The notes under the pieces are model-generated. The model did no database searches. It was not told where the DNA came from and worked only from the letters and a program-made list of their open reading frames with translations. From positions 3,224,001 through 3,288,000 of the forward strand of contig NC_043025.1 of the NCBI RefSeq assembly GCF_006345805.1: a DNA stretch of 64,000 nt, written 5' to 3'. The stretch comes from Octopus sinensis (lineage: Eukaryota). Below are positions 22,901 to 34,777 of this stretch, piece after piece; the first letter of the stretch is position 1, and every line of letters starts with the position of its first letter. A program made the translations under genes and the position numbers.

Positions 22901-25900
22901 CAGGTGTCTGTAACTTATGGCACGCGTGTCATGTGTAGCACGCGGAACAATTCACAATGGCATGCACACCACTCGGCAAAAACTAAAAGTAAATTTTTAT
23001 TTATAACTAAATCTGAGGAAGCGACATCATAATAATTAAATTACATATCTTTTTTACGATCCATCTATTCTAGCGTAAACTATCTGAAGTTAGCTGTATT
23101 TGGTAGTATTACATTTCCTTTAAAATATAGTACTACTGAATACAATTTTAATACGAAATTATGAATGTTAGTACAATTAATTTGTTTGTAAGCGGGAGCT
23201 GAAAGCATTTATATGTACTTTATTACTGAAGCCGGGAGCTAGAGGTGCGAACGCTTATTGTTTCGAACTCGGCTGTATATTTAGCAGTTAACCACTTTAC
23301 AGCAGCCAGTCTAAATAAAGACACTCTTTAAAATGGGTTCCTACATTGCGGGTCGTCTATAAGTAGACGCTTTTAAAATTATTCTCACATTTTGGGAAGA
23401 AAAAGCGGTAACGAGTAGGATTTTGAAAAGGAAATAAACATGAAAAGTCAACAATTATAGTTATTTTCTTAGGTTTTCTTAGGTTATAGTTATTTTCTTC
23501 GTGAGTCAAGTTGTCTGATCTTTTGAGTATATTTTTGTTTATTCATATCATCTATTTTAATCTAATTATTTTATTATTACAAAAATTAATTCATTAAATT
23601 AATTTCATTCTTTTTTACTATTTATTTTATTCTAATTATCTTTATTTAGTTACTTTTATTTTTATTTGTAGAACCTGATTTAAGGGTTTATACAACTGTC
23701 ATATCAATTATCAATATAGAGTACCCCAAATTGAATATCAAAGGACCAAAATTTGACGTTCGTTCATTTCAAGATTTCTGGAGCACTGAATATGGATTTG
23801 TATAACAAAATCATCGATGTTGGTGTGCGTTGCTGCTGTGAATTTGTCGTATGTCGTACATCAAGTGTACAAAGACACTATCAAACTAGACACCAGACTA
23901 TATTTAAAAACGCTGATGAAAAAAGGCAAATCATAAAAAGGGCTATTTCTAGTTACAAAAAAATCACTTCTGTTTTTGTTCAAATGCTTGGAACCAACAA
24001 TGAAGCCAAATAATGTAGTTAGACAATTGCTCAATGGACAGCCGGAAAATTTATCAAAAATGCTTTTCTGAGAATTGCTAAAATTTTGTTCAGTGATTAA
24101 GCAAACGCTGAAAAAATACTGTCTCGAATTCAAGAAATACCAACTTCTGCATGATCAGTTGAGAGACGTATAACTGATATCGATGAAAACATACTAAAAT
24201 AAAAATTTGAATTACAAAAAGCTGCTGCATTCAGTGACTCCTATCGATGAAAGTACTGACGTGAATGACATGGCGAACCTAGCAATTGTTGCAAGATACT
24301 GGGACAATGATCGTATTTACGAAGAATCATGTTGTTTGATTCCTCTTACCAATACATCTACAGGACAGGACATTCTGACTGCATTTCTAAATAATTTCGA
24401 AAATCAAGCCATTAATATAAATAAAAATATATTGTATTACTGGTGGTGGTGCACGTGCAATGGTTGGAAAGGAAAAAAAAATTATTAAGCGTCTTGAAAT
24501 CACATTTCCCGCAGTGTAATGTGTTTTAATTGCATTGGACATCAGGAAAATTTAGTTGCAAAACTTTCGTCACAAAGCTTGAGTTCTGTCGTGGAAACTG
24601 TTGTTAAAGTAGTTAACTTCATGGTTTCTCGCTCTTCACTGACTCTTCTGCAAGAACTGGACAGCGAATATGCAGACTTCCCACTTCACAGTAAAGTCCT
24701 GCAGCGTAGACTCGGTTGAAATTCCTCTCTCTCATATATTTATATATACGTGCATTCGAACGTAGCAGGGAACAGCTAGCCTTTTGCCGCTATTTCGATC
24801 CTGTTGTGTCCATTACTCTGATTAGTTGGTATTGGCGCAGTTTGTCGCGCCAAATTGCCGCGTATAACCAGTTGGAGACCTTAAATACGATTACGTGCAG
24901 CAGCCTGTTCACTACCCCGTTTTAGCCTACTTCTCCTTATAAAAACTCAGCCTTTTCTCCTTTCGAGGTCTTTTGGTTCCAGACCTTTTAAGGTCTAGCT
25001 ACTGACCACGAAACACAGCCAGTTCCAGAGACATACCAACTTTGTCCAACAGCATTACAACAACCTCCATCTTCGTCGCCACCACCATGTCCTTAACGTC
25101 GTCAACATCATCTCTCTACGTACACAGCTCTGCAAGCGATTCACCCAGGTTCTAACATTTCGCTGTTCGTGAATTACTTCACCATGGGTCAACAACAAAT
25201 ATACAACCAGTATGAACTCCTGTACAAGTTAATCAGGCAGCAGCATCAGAGCCACAACATCACGTTCGACATGTACCTGTAACTGTCCCCTACATCAATG
25301 AACCCACACGCATACATTCTGTTCTCATGACGGCTTGTCTATCGTTCAGTATACATGATGCACACACAGACACATCTGTTAACATATCAAAAAATCTTCT
25401 TTTAATCATTCTACGCGGTTGTCTCCTTTTTCCATCAGGCAAATAGATGGTACTATCAATTTTCTCTTTAATGTAAGGGCTGTGTGGTGTGGTACTAAAG
25501 AGCCATTCTTGTCACCTCGCATCGCACGGTCCTTACAGTCCGTCGACTTTGTCGGGGTAGAGTTTTGAACAGATTTCTATCATGCTTAGAAGAAGTCAAA
25601 ATATTTCTTGAAAGGAAACAGTTCCCAGAATTGAACAACGAAGACGGGTTATTTAAACTGATGCTTCTAACTGACAGTCACTTGAATTATTAAAATTTGC
25701 ATTTAGAAGAGAGAGGTAAAAAAGTACTTGATCTTTTTGAATACTGGGAAGGGTTTTTGTTAAAATTAGATTTTTTTTGTGTGATACACTTAGAAATATT
25801 TAAAAATACTTTGCAAATGTAAAAGCTTATTCGAATCGATTTAATATTTAATAAAAATGAACTTCAAAAATATATTGCAGCGTTGAAAGAAGAATTTTCC

Positions 25901-26230
25901 AAGTGAGATAAAGATTTCGAAACAGACGCTCCTATATTTTCGTTTCTCATGAAACCAGGCTTTGATGGATTTGAGAACGAACCCATTTCGTCTATCACTT
26001 TTTGGCTCAACAACAAATATACAGGATAGTTTTGAAGTGGAAATACTTGAATTAACCACTTCAGAATTAAGGGGAAAAATTATGGAATTACGAAAATCTC
26101 TTGAAAGAAGCAGCTTAGAGAAGTCAGTTGCCATCTTCAATCGCTGGAAGATGTTGCCTGAAAGATTCATTTCTTTGAAGAAAATCGCTTCAGCTCGGCT
26201 TCACCCTTTAGCTCAACATATACAGGATTA
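22901..26230 (+). mobile_element. Decayed hAT transposon of the Buster/Charlie group; right end missing
   Basis: Left end caggtgtctgtaacttatggcacgcgtg is preceded by gtcTAgag (8-bp, central-TA site typical of Buster). Transposase motifs: C..C..RH..TRH, IDESTDVND, GARAMVG, CIGHQENL, SKV/RRLCRGRVLNRF, HLNY*NL, W..LPERF..LKKIA..STY. Confidence 0.85.
24700..25537. mobile_element. 838-bp TG...CA insertion with a 4-bp TSD (GTCC), LTR-like, splitting the hAT transposase
   Basis: gtcc at 24696-24699 and 25538-25541. Removing the insert restores SKV-RRLCRG. Termini are tgcagc...ccttaca. Confidence 0.75.
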
Positions 26231-26476
26231 CCCAAAAACAATAGAACCCATAAAATTTCGGTTTCCGTCTACCAAATCCATTTCCAAATAACATGCAGTG
26301 GAAACTGAACATGGATCTATCTGATTGCGGAGCAAGTTTCTTACCACATAGCCACGCCTATGAATGTGTGTTTATGTATAAGTCTATATATAGGATGAAC
26401 AGGACAAACAAATATTTAAATAATAGTTCTGACGTGCGTGTAACAAGGTTATGGTTGCTTGGAACCAAATGCTCAC

Positions 26477-26520
26477 CAACAAATGATCGTCAGGAACACC
26501 GTTATAGTATTAAATTGCAT
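26477..26520 (-). other. Candidate 44-nt leader exon, copy 1: MQFNTITVFLTIIC + phase-2 GTGAGC donor
   Basis: ATG at 26520; donor gctcac at 26471-26476. Confidence 0.35.
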
Positions 26521-26821
26521 AGTTATAGAAAGATAGAGGGAGAGGGAAAAATAAATCATATATAAATGTGTGTATATATATATCAATGTTAAATCTTAAA
26601 AGAAAAGTAACAAACATTGATTTACCTCTATAACGCCGGATCCAAATATGACTTCAGTTTGAATTTTTGACAGAAATTAAATAAGTTTTATCCACTTATC
26701 TGAATATTCTATTGCCTCAAATAAGTTTTCTGTCTCACGTTCCAGCTGTTATCCGATAAGCATACTGAATAAAATACCCTGTTGTAATAATTATCTATTT
26801 TATTTTTAAACGAGAGTGGCA

Positions 26822-26850
26822 GTATTTTCCCTTGATGTACGTGATTGGCT
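26822..26850 (-). promoter_or_regulatory. Promoter-like cluster in module M: CCAAT box next to a kB-like GGGAAAATAC
   Basis: Minus strand reads cagCCAATcacgtacatcaaGGGAAAATACtgcc. CCAAT is kept in 5 of 6 long copies, and copies 3-5 also have TACGTCA. TTTAAAA and ttcagt follow downstream. Confidence 0.3.
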
Positions 26851-27946
26851 GAAATTCTTTAATATCCGGAAAATAAATCCATTTTCCAGCTATTCACCAT
26901 TCCTACAAGTCAAGTGTTGAAATGGTCGCTGTGTAACATGAGATGAAGTGTTCTGCGCACAATACTCCTCTCGTTGCAGGATTTGAAATCACGACCTTGT
27001 TATCCTGAGTAGCATCCCTCATCACGATTTCATGTGTCATCGACTTCTATTATATTACCAAAACTTTATTTTTCATATGTCTTGGCAACACCCAGAGAAT
27101 ATTCTTATCTACTTGACGCTTTTCTAAAACAAACGCCATTTTTTTTATCGATTATTGGGATGACGATATCTGCTCAAAGACACGACCTCATCTCTCTAGT
27201 TACTAAAATTCAAACCCGACGAATTTCCCTCCTTTCCCAGAATATATTTCACTTGGTTGTAAAGTATGCTTGTTGTTCAGTGATGACAAGACTATGATCA
27301 GAGGCGTTTCGGCCATGATCATCCCGTCGATTTACTTATATTGCAATGTGTGTTGTGTTCTTTCCGTGGTTAAGTCGGTAGGGAGTGAGACAATGGAATA
27401 TCATTGTCTCAAATGCTTACGATAGGGCTGATAGTGCAAATTTTCAAGTAATGGACATTCATTAGTCCTGACACCTACACCTACAATAATTATTGAAACC
27501 CATCACAAGATGTGGATGTTAATTTTCATAGAACTCTCCGAAATATAAGTCCGACCTTACGATAAAGATGAAGCATTAATTTCTTTAATGACATCTAGGA
27601 CTGAATTATTCTGCTACTAGATGAGGAACGAGAATAAGATTCTCTACGTGGTTTACTCTCCATGTAGGTTTAACATATTGTAACTTTCATGTATATGGGT
27701 TATCTCAAGTGCAACATACCCTCGAATATTTAGGGGCATCCAGTTCACCCTGTGTAATCTGCCGTAGGACTCACACAGCAGATGCAGGTACTAGAGGGTA
27801 AAGACGGTACTAATTCCCTAAGTTGTTCACGTGAGCATCTGCATACCAATTTATTATTATTCCATATACACACAACAGTTTAGATTGTGTGAGTACGATT
27901 GTATATATATATACATATAGAAATATATATAGATTTATGTATATAT

Positions 27947-27984
<38 letters not shown>

Positions 27985-27986
<2 letters not shown>

Positions 27987-29090
27987 TTACGGAATCACCC
28001 GTCGTCGCTCGCCCGAACGGCACAATCTCGCCACGGAACCCAAAGAGAGGAGGAGAGGAGAGATACAACAACAGCCACAACCGCAGCAGCACAGAGATAC
28101 AGAGGCACAACCCAGAGAGACACCCAAAAGAGGCACAGAGGCAACAGAGACACTGGCTTATATTCAACAACAGTTTATATGACAATCAATTGCTACACAT
28201 CAAATACATTTAAGGCAGACATTTAAAGGAAGACATGCACGTGACTACTCAATACATCATACAACAGATCAAAGCATAATACAACAGCAATTCAAGAGTA
28301 CAATTCAAAGTTCACGTCCGAAGACAACAGTTCTTTAAAGTCTCTTTCTAAACATCACAGATAAAGTCACATCAACAAGTCCTTTACTCAATTCTGAACA
28401 TAAATACCACAACTCGATAATCGACATATCGACAAGTCCTTGACTGTTCTTTCCACTGTTCAATACACCGTGACACATATCAATGCACAAACACATACCT
28501 CAATTCCTAATTGAATCTGCCAGTGTCCCATTCCTCTCAATACTGCTAAATCCTCTGTACATATCCCTTCTGTGCCGCCAAGCTTTCTCGCATCCAACTT
28601 GCTCCTAAAATTCCAACGCTTCTAAGATTCCATCTACTCGCTCTGACCTCCAGAATCCGACTGTCTTCTTCGAGGACCGGCCAGCGACTGCAAGATCCGT
28701 CTGTGTTCTTCGACGACCGCTCAACGACTGCCAAGACCTCACTTCGTCTCTGTGCTTCTTCCACTCCCGCATCTCCCTCTGTACCGCTCATACCCTCTCT
28801 AACTGTCCCTTAGTCTTATACTCTATCTCTCTCATGACAGCTCTACCATACTCTCTGCCTGTCCTTCTCTCTTACTGTCAATACCCTCTCCATCTGCTCT
28901 TAGATTCCCTTAATCTGTCTTCCTCTTTCACATTCTCACTGACCCTTTTCTCAACCGCACGAGGTCACAGGTCCTTCCAAAACTCATCAGTCTCCCACTA
29001 AACAAAGAACCTGTCAGTTCCTTTACCAGACATGCCGGCGCAACACCCACGATGTGGGTCAGCAATACTGCGCTAGTTAAACCCGTAACA
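27985..29090 (-). mobile_element. Solo LTR (1106 bp) inserted in (TA)n
   Basis: Perfect terminal inverted repeats TGTTACGG...CCGTAACA. Flanks atat/ctat give an imperfect TSD. No protein coding. Absent from the paralogous site at about 57700. Confidence 0.8.
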
Positions 29091-29821
29091 CTATGTATAT
29101 GTAGGCGACTATGTGCAAGTGTGTGTACAAACACAAGTGTACGGGGTCCAACACACACACAGACACACGCACATACACACACACATGCACACACACATAT
29201 GTGTATGTATATTCATACTCATTCAGAGATCTACACACACATATAAAAAGTGTATTCTTTTCTTTAATTCTTTTACTTGTTTAAGTCATTTGACTGCGGC
29301 CTTGCTGGTGTGCCACCACAAAAACCTTTAAGCCGAAGAGGCGAAGAAATTTACCCCTGGGCTTATTTTTTGTAAGCCTGGTACATATTTTATTGATCGC
29401 TTTTGCCGAACAGCTATGTTAAGGCAGGCGTAAAAGACCTGATCTCAAGCTGTGAACGGGTAGCTAACATAGTCACATAGACACACACACAAACACAATC
29501 ACACACACACACACACGCACACACACACACCTATATATATATATATATAAAACGGACTTCCTTCGGGTCCGTCTACAATACCCACTCACAAGTCTTTGCT
29601 CGGCCCGAGTCTATAGTAGAAGACACTTTCCAGGTTGCCATGCAGTGAAACTAAACCTGGATCTATGTGCTTGCGGAGCAAGTTTCTTACCACATAGACA
29701 CGCCTATGCATGTGTGTTTATGTAGAAGTCTATATATAGGATGAACAGGCAAACAATTGTTTAAATAAGACTTCTTACGTGCGTGTAACAACGTTATGGT
29801 TGCTTGGAACCAAATGCTCAC

Positions 29822-29865
29822 CGACAAATGACCGCCAGGAGCAACGTTATTCTATTAAGTTGCAT
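29822..29865 (-). other. Candidate leader exon, copy 2: MQLNRITLLLAVICR
   Basis: ATG at 29865; donor gctcac at 29816-29821; 44 nt. Confidence 0.35.
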
Positions 29866-30300
29866 AGTTATAGAAAGATGAGAGAGATGGTAAAATAAAT
29901 CCTATATATGTGTGTGCGTATATATAAATGTTAAATCTTAAAAGAAAAGTAACAACAATTGATTTATCTATTCGCATTCTGAGTTCCTTTCCTGTCGAAC
30001 TCCCCTTTGCCTTTCATTTCTTAGAGGTGCTGAAGTCCAATTAATCGACTGGCCACTTCCCCCACAAAACACAACTACTGGCATTCTACCTAAGCCAAAG
30101 ACAACATTATATGAGCGGCAATCTAGGATTTTAGGACAAAGAATTCCTACGCGGTGTCATATGTAATAATGTATGGTTATATAAAGATGCATGAGGATAT
30201 ATATACATACACAAACACGCACAAATATGTGTGTGTATGAGTGTGCGTGCATGTGAGTGTGTGTATGTATGTACGTTTGTATGTATATATATATATATGC

Positions 30301-30389
<89 letters not shown>

Positions 30390-30474
30390 GGTACATAAAT
30401 ACATATATACATATTCATACGCTTTTAGATATATACACACACACATACGCACACACATATATAAATGCGTATTC

Positions 30475-30748
30475 TTTTTCTTTAATTCTTTTACTTGTTG
30501 AAGTCATTTGCCTACGGCCATGCTGGAGCACCATATCAAAAGCCTTTAAGCACAATAAATTGACGTCAGAACTTATTCTTTGTAAGCGAAGTAATTATTT
30601 TATTGGCCGCTTTTGCCGAACCGCAATGTTAAGGAGGGGGCCTAAAAAAGCTGCTGTCAAGATATGAATGGGTATCAAACATATTCGCAAAGACAGTAAC
30701 ACACATACACAAACAGACAAACTTACACACACACATATACATCAATAC

Positions 30749-30781
<33 letters not shown>

Positions 30782-30945
30782 TATAACGAACTTCTTTCGG
30801 TTTCCGTCTACCAAATCCACTCGTAAGGCTTTGGTCGGCCCGAGGCTATAGTAGAAGACACTTTCCCAAATTGCCATGCAGTGAAACTGAACCTGGAACT
30901 ATCTGCTTGCGAAGCATGTTTCTTACCACATAGCAACTCCTATGC
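30475..30945 (-). mobile_element. tRNA-derived SINE family A (minus-strand copy; paralog at 55720-56200; others at about 29250-29705 and 45110-45470)
   Basis: Reverse complement of the 31104-31496 SINE, with internal (TA)n/(CA)n. Confidence 0.75.
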
Positions 30946-31058
30946 ATGTGTGTTTATATATAAGTCTATGTATAGGACGAACAGGACAAACAAATATTTA
31001 AATAATAATTCTGACGTTCGTTTAACAACGTTATGGTTGCTTGCAACCAAAAGCTCAC

Positions 31059-31102
31059 CGAGAAATAATAGTCAGGAACAACGTTATTGTATTAAGTTGC
31101 AT
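31059..31102 (-). other. Candidate leader exon, copy 3: MQLNTITLFLTIISR
   Basis: ATG at 31102; donor gctcac at 31053-31058; 44 nt. Confidence 0.35.
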
Positions 31103-31103
31103 A

Positions 31104-31496
31104 GGCGCAGGAGTGGCTGTGTGGTATGTAGCTCGTTTACCAACTACATGGTTCCGGGTTCAGTCCCACTGCGTGGCAACTTGGTCAAGTGTCTTCTACT
31201 ATAGCCTCGGGTCGACCAAGGCCTTGTGTGTGGATGTGGTAGACGGAAACCGAAAGAAGCCTGTCGTATATATGTATATATATATATGCATGTGTGTCTG
31301 TGCTTGTCCCCCTAGCATTGCTTGACAACCGACACTGGTGTGTTTATGTCCCCGTTACTTAGCGGTTCAGCAAAAGAGAGCGATAGAATAAAGACTGGGC
31401 TTACAAAAAATAAGTCCCGGGGTCGATTTGCTCGACTAAAGGCGGTGCTCCAGCATGGCCGCAGCCAAATGACTGTAAGAAGTAAAAGAGTAAAAG
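31104..31496 (+). mobile_element. Full-length tRNA-derived SINE family A (other plus-strand copies at about 38305-38680, 46050-46395, 62370-62560, 62830-62990)
   Basis: A-box-like ggctgtgtggta, B-box-like gggttcagtccc, (AGTAAAAG) tail. It interrupts module M at gcatag|ttatag relative to the other copies. Confidence 0.85.
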
Positions 31497-32901
31497 AGTT
31501 ATAGAAAGATAAAGAGAGAAGGAAAAATAAATCATATATAAATGTGTGTATATATATATCAATGTTAAATCTTAAAAGAAAATTAACAAAAATTGATATA
31601 CCTTTATAACGCCGGCTCCAAATATGACTTCAGTTTGAATTTTTGACGGAAATTAAATAAGTTTTATCCACTTACCTGAATATTCTATTGCCTCATATAA
31701 GTTTTTTGTCACGCGCTCCAGCTGCTATCCGATAAGCATACTGAATGAATACTTGTAATAATTCTCTAATTATTTTTAAAACGAGAGTGGCAGTATTTTC
31801 CCCTTGATGTACTTATTCTTTAATATCCGGAAATTAAATCCATTTTCCAGCTAGTCACCATTCCTACAAGTCAAGTGTTGAAATGGTCGCAATGCAACGT
31901 GAGATGAAGTGTTCTGCGCACAATAAACCACTCATCCCAGGATCTGAAATCACGACCTTAATCACGACTTCCTGTGTCCGCGACTTCTATTATATTACCA
32001 AAACTTTATTTTTCATATGTCCTGACAACACCCAGAGAATATTTTTATCTACTTGACGCTTTTCTATAACAAACGCCATTTTTTTTAATCGATTATTGGG
32101 ATGGCGATATCTGCTCAAAGATACGAATTCATCTCACTAGTTACTAAAATGCAAACCCGACGAATTTTCCTCGTTTCCCAGAATATATTTCAGTTGGTTG
32201 TAAAGTATGCTTGTTGTTCACTGATGACAAGACTATGATCAGAGGCGTTTCGATCATGATCATCCCGTCGATTTACATCGCAATGTGTGTTGTGTTCTTT
32301 CCGTGGTAAAGACGGAAGGGTGTGAGACAATGGAATATCATTGTCTCAAATGCTTACGATAGGGCTGATAGCGCAAATGTTCAAGTAATGGACATTCATT
32401 AGTCCTGAAACCTACATCAACAATCATTATAGTAATATATCACGTGATGTGGATGTTAATTTTCATAGATCTCTCCGGAATATAAGCTCCAACTTACTAT
32501 CAAGATGAAGCATCAGTTTATTAAATGACATCTAGGACTGAATTATTCTGTTGCTAGCAGAAGAATAAAAGTGATATTTTACGTGCTTTACGCTCAATGT
32601 GTGATTAGCATATTGTAACTTTCATGTACATGGGTTATCTCAATTACCACACTCTCTCTAATGTTTTGGGGCGTCCATTTAACCCTGTGTAACGTGCCGT
32701 AGAACTCACACAACGGATGCAGGTACTAGAGGGTAAAGACGGTACTAAGTCCCTAAGTTGTTCACGTGAGCATCTGCATACCAATTTATTATTATTCCAT
32801 ATACACACAACAGTTTCGATTGTGTGAGTACGATTGTGTATATATATATATATATAAATATATATACATATATGTATATATATATATATATATTATATAT
32901 A

Positions 32902-32959
<58 letters not shown>

Positions 32960-32977
32960 CATAGAAAATTCATAATT

Positions 32978-33413
32978 AATCAATATAGGGTAGCAAAAAA
33001 TTCAGCAGAAATTATTTTGCCACCAGCGGTCTAGTGAGAAAAAGGAAATAGTCAGAGACTATTAATAAATTCAACAACAAATTAAGGAACGGTCATAATA
33101 GGCCGTTCAACCCACTAGAAATAACAGCCAAGGCTTCAACCGCCAAATAGTAGTAATTCCGTAAACCAGGAGAAAATTAAAAAAACATTTACCCCGTTCA
33201 TCTTTAGACAATGCATTGTTTCATCGTTTTTTAATGGTAAATCAGCCTGATTAAATTAAATCAAGTCAATCTTCCATAGGCCAACAAATTCATCAGTAAA
33301 GAGAGCCAGGAGGGAGAGAAATTACACGAGGCAGCAACATTACCGCTTCGGCAATATCTGACCTAATTTATCGGCAGCAAATATAAGCTGCAGATTCCAT
33401 TTCGGAATTAAAC
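32978..33413. mobile_element. 436-bp insertion with a perfect 15-bp TSD
   Basis: agaaaattcataatt at 32963-32977 and 33414-33428. Confidence 0.65.
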
Positions 33414-33575
33414 AGAAAATTCATAATTCATAATGATCAACCACTTCATATCACCTTTGATACGCAATTTCTCCACCACATTTTTTTGTCCAAGCCGGTG
33501 TTTTAGTGGTAAACTAAACTGAGCAGTCACACTACATACGGCCTTATATTTATTATTATTATTTATCATTATTTA

Positions 33576-33790
33576 GGCGGAGAGCTGGCAGAATCGTTAG
33601 CACACTGGGCAAAATGCTTGGTAGTATTTCATCCATCATTAGTTTCTGAGTCCAAATTTCCACGAGGTCAACTTGGTATTTCATCATTTCGAGGTCTATA
33701 AATAAAATACCAGTTAAGTACTAGGGGCTATGTTATCGACTAACTCACCCCGCAAAATATTTCAGGCCTTGTGCCTATAGTAGGAATGAC
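33576..33790 (+). mobile_element. tRNA-derived SINE family B (also about 39385-39730, 39933-40140, 47135-47295, 47502-47710, 53353-53485, 54043-54250, 58318-58485; minus-strand copies about 10050-10160, 38980-39125, 46705-46840, 58005-58100)
   Basis: A-box-like gctggcagaatcgttagc, B-box-like gagttcaaattcc, conserved body gtcgactttgcctttcatc. Confidence 0.75.
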
Positions 33791-33844
33791 TGTTATTATT
33801 GTTGTTGTTGTTGTTATTATTATTATTTTTATTATTTTATTTTT

Positions 33845-33875
<31 letters not shown>

Positions 33876-33884
33876 TTATTATTA

Positions 33885-33949
<65 letters not shown>

Positions 33950-33955
33950 TTATCA

Positions 33956-33990
<35 letters not shown>

Positions 33991-33992
33991 TA

Positions 33993-34035
<43 letters not shown>

Positions 34036-34050
34036 ATTATTATATTATTA

Positions 34051-34085
<35 letters not shown>

Positions 34086-34153
34086 TTTATTATTTTATCA
34101 TTATTATTATTATTATTATATTATTATTATATTTATTTTTATTATTTTTATTA

Positions 34154-34187
<34 letters not shown>

Positions 34188-34239
34188 TATTTTTATTATT
34201 ATTATTCATATATTATTATTATTATTTTTATTATATTTA

Positions 34240-34290
<51 letters not shown>

Positions 34291-34711
34291 TTATTATTAT
34301 CATTAGTTTATGTAAATTCTTTCGTCTCACATACTATGAACTCCTCAGCATCTCTCTGCTCCACCTATTTCATCTTATCCCACTTATTCCGTATTAAAAA
34401 TTACATTAAAAGTGTACTTATCTACTGTTTGTCAAGTGGATTGTTTATCAAATAATTTATACTCGGAACAATTGTACATATATCCCTGGTTAAATCGGAA
34501 TTTCCCACTTGGTGTGGCTCCTTGTTTTAGTAATTGTCTACAAGTGGTGTGATACTTGTGAAGCTTACTTTCAACGACGCAAATTTCTCGTTTTCACAAA
34601 TGTAAGTTGATGGTTGCATGAAAAATTCGGACAAGCTGAAGTAGACGGGGTGGGTAGCGCAGGTCGGTGGTGAGAGGAGGAAAAAGGCGAATGAATACAC
34701 GCACATACACA

Positions 34712-34777
<66 letters not shown>

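Larger units (their letters stand above)
26280..27900 (-). repeat. Repeated module M, copy 1 (other copies at about 29640-29960 partial, 30870-32830, 35760-36790, 41780-42812, 50505-51505, 56130-57690)
   Basis: Collinear sequence shared by all long copies, e.g. ggaaccaaatgctcacc, ttataacgcc, gagagtggcagtattttcccttg, aaatgcaaacccgacgaatttt, aaatgcttacga. Confidence 0.92.

Noticed and set aside
26293-26565. Plus-strand ORF family (26293, 30881, 56139) antisense to the leader exon
   Set aside because: The N-terminus is an antisense SINE head, and length and stop position vary between copies.
27421-27480. Possible 54-60 nt minus-strand exon (GFRTNECPLLEHLRYQPY) with a GTAAGC donor conserved in six copies
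   Set aside because: The acceptor is weak and shifts between copies, and there is no homology or selection signal I can support. Left unannotated.
31104-31180. tRNA-like A/B boxes
   Set aside because: These are SINE heads: no cloverleaf, and they are followed by a SINE body and tail in many copies.
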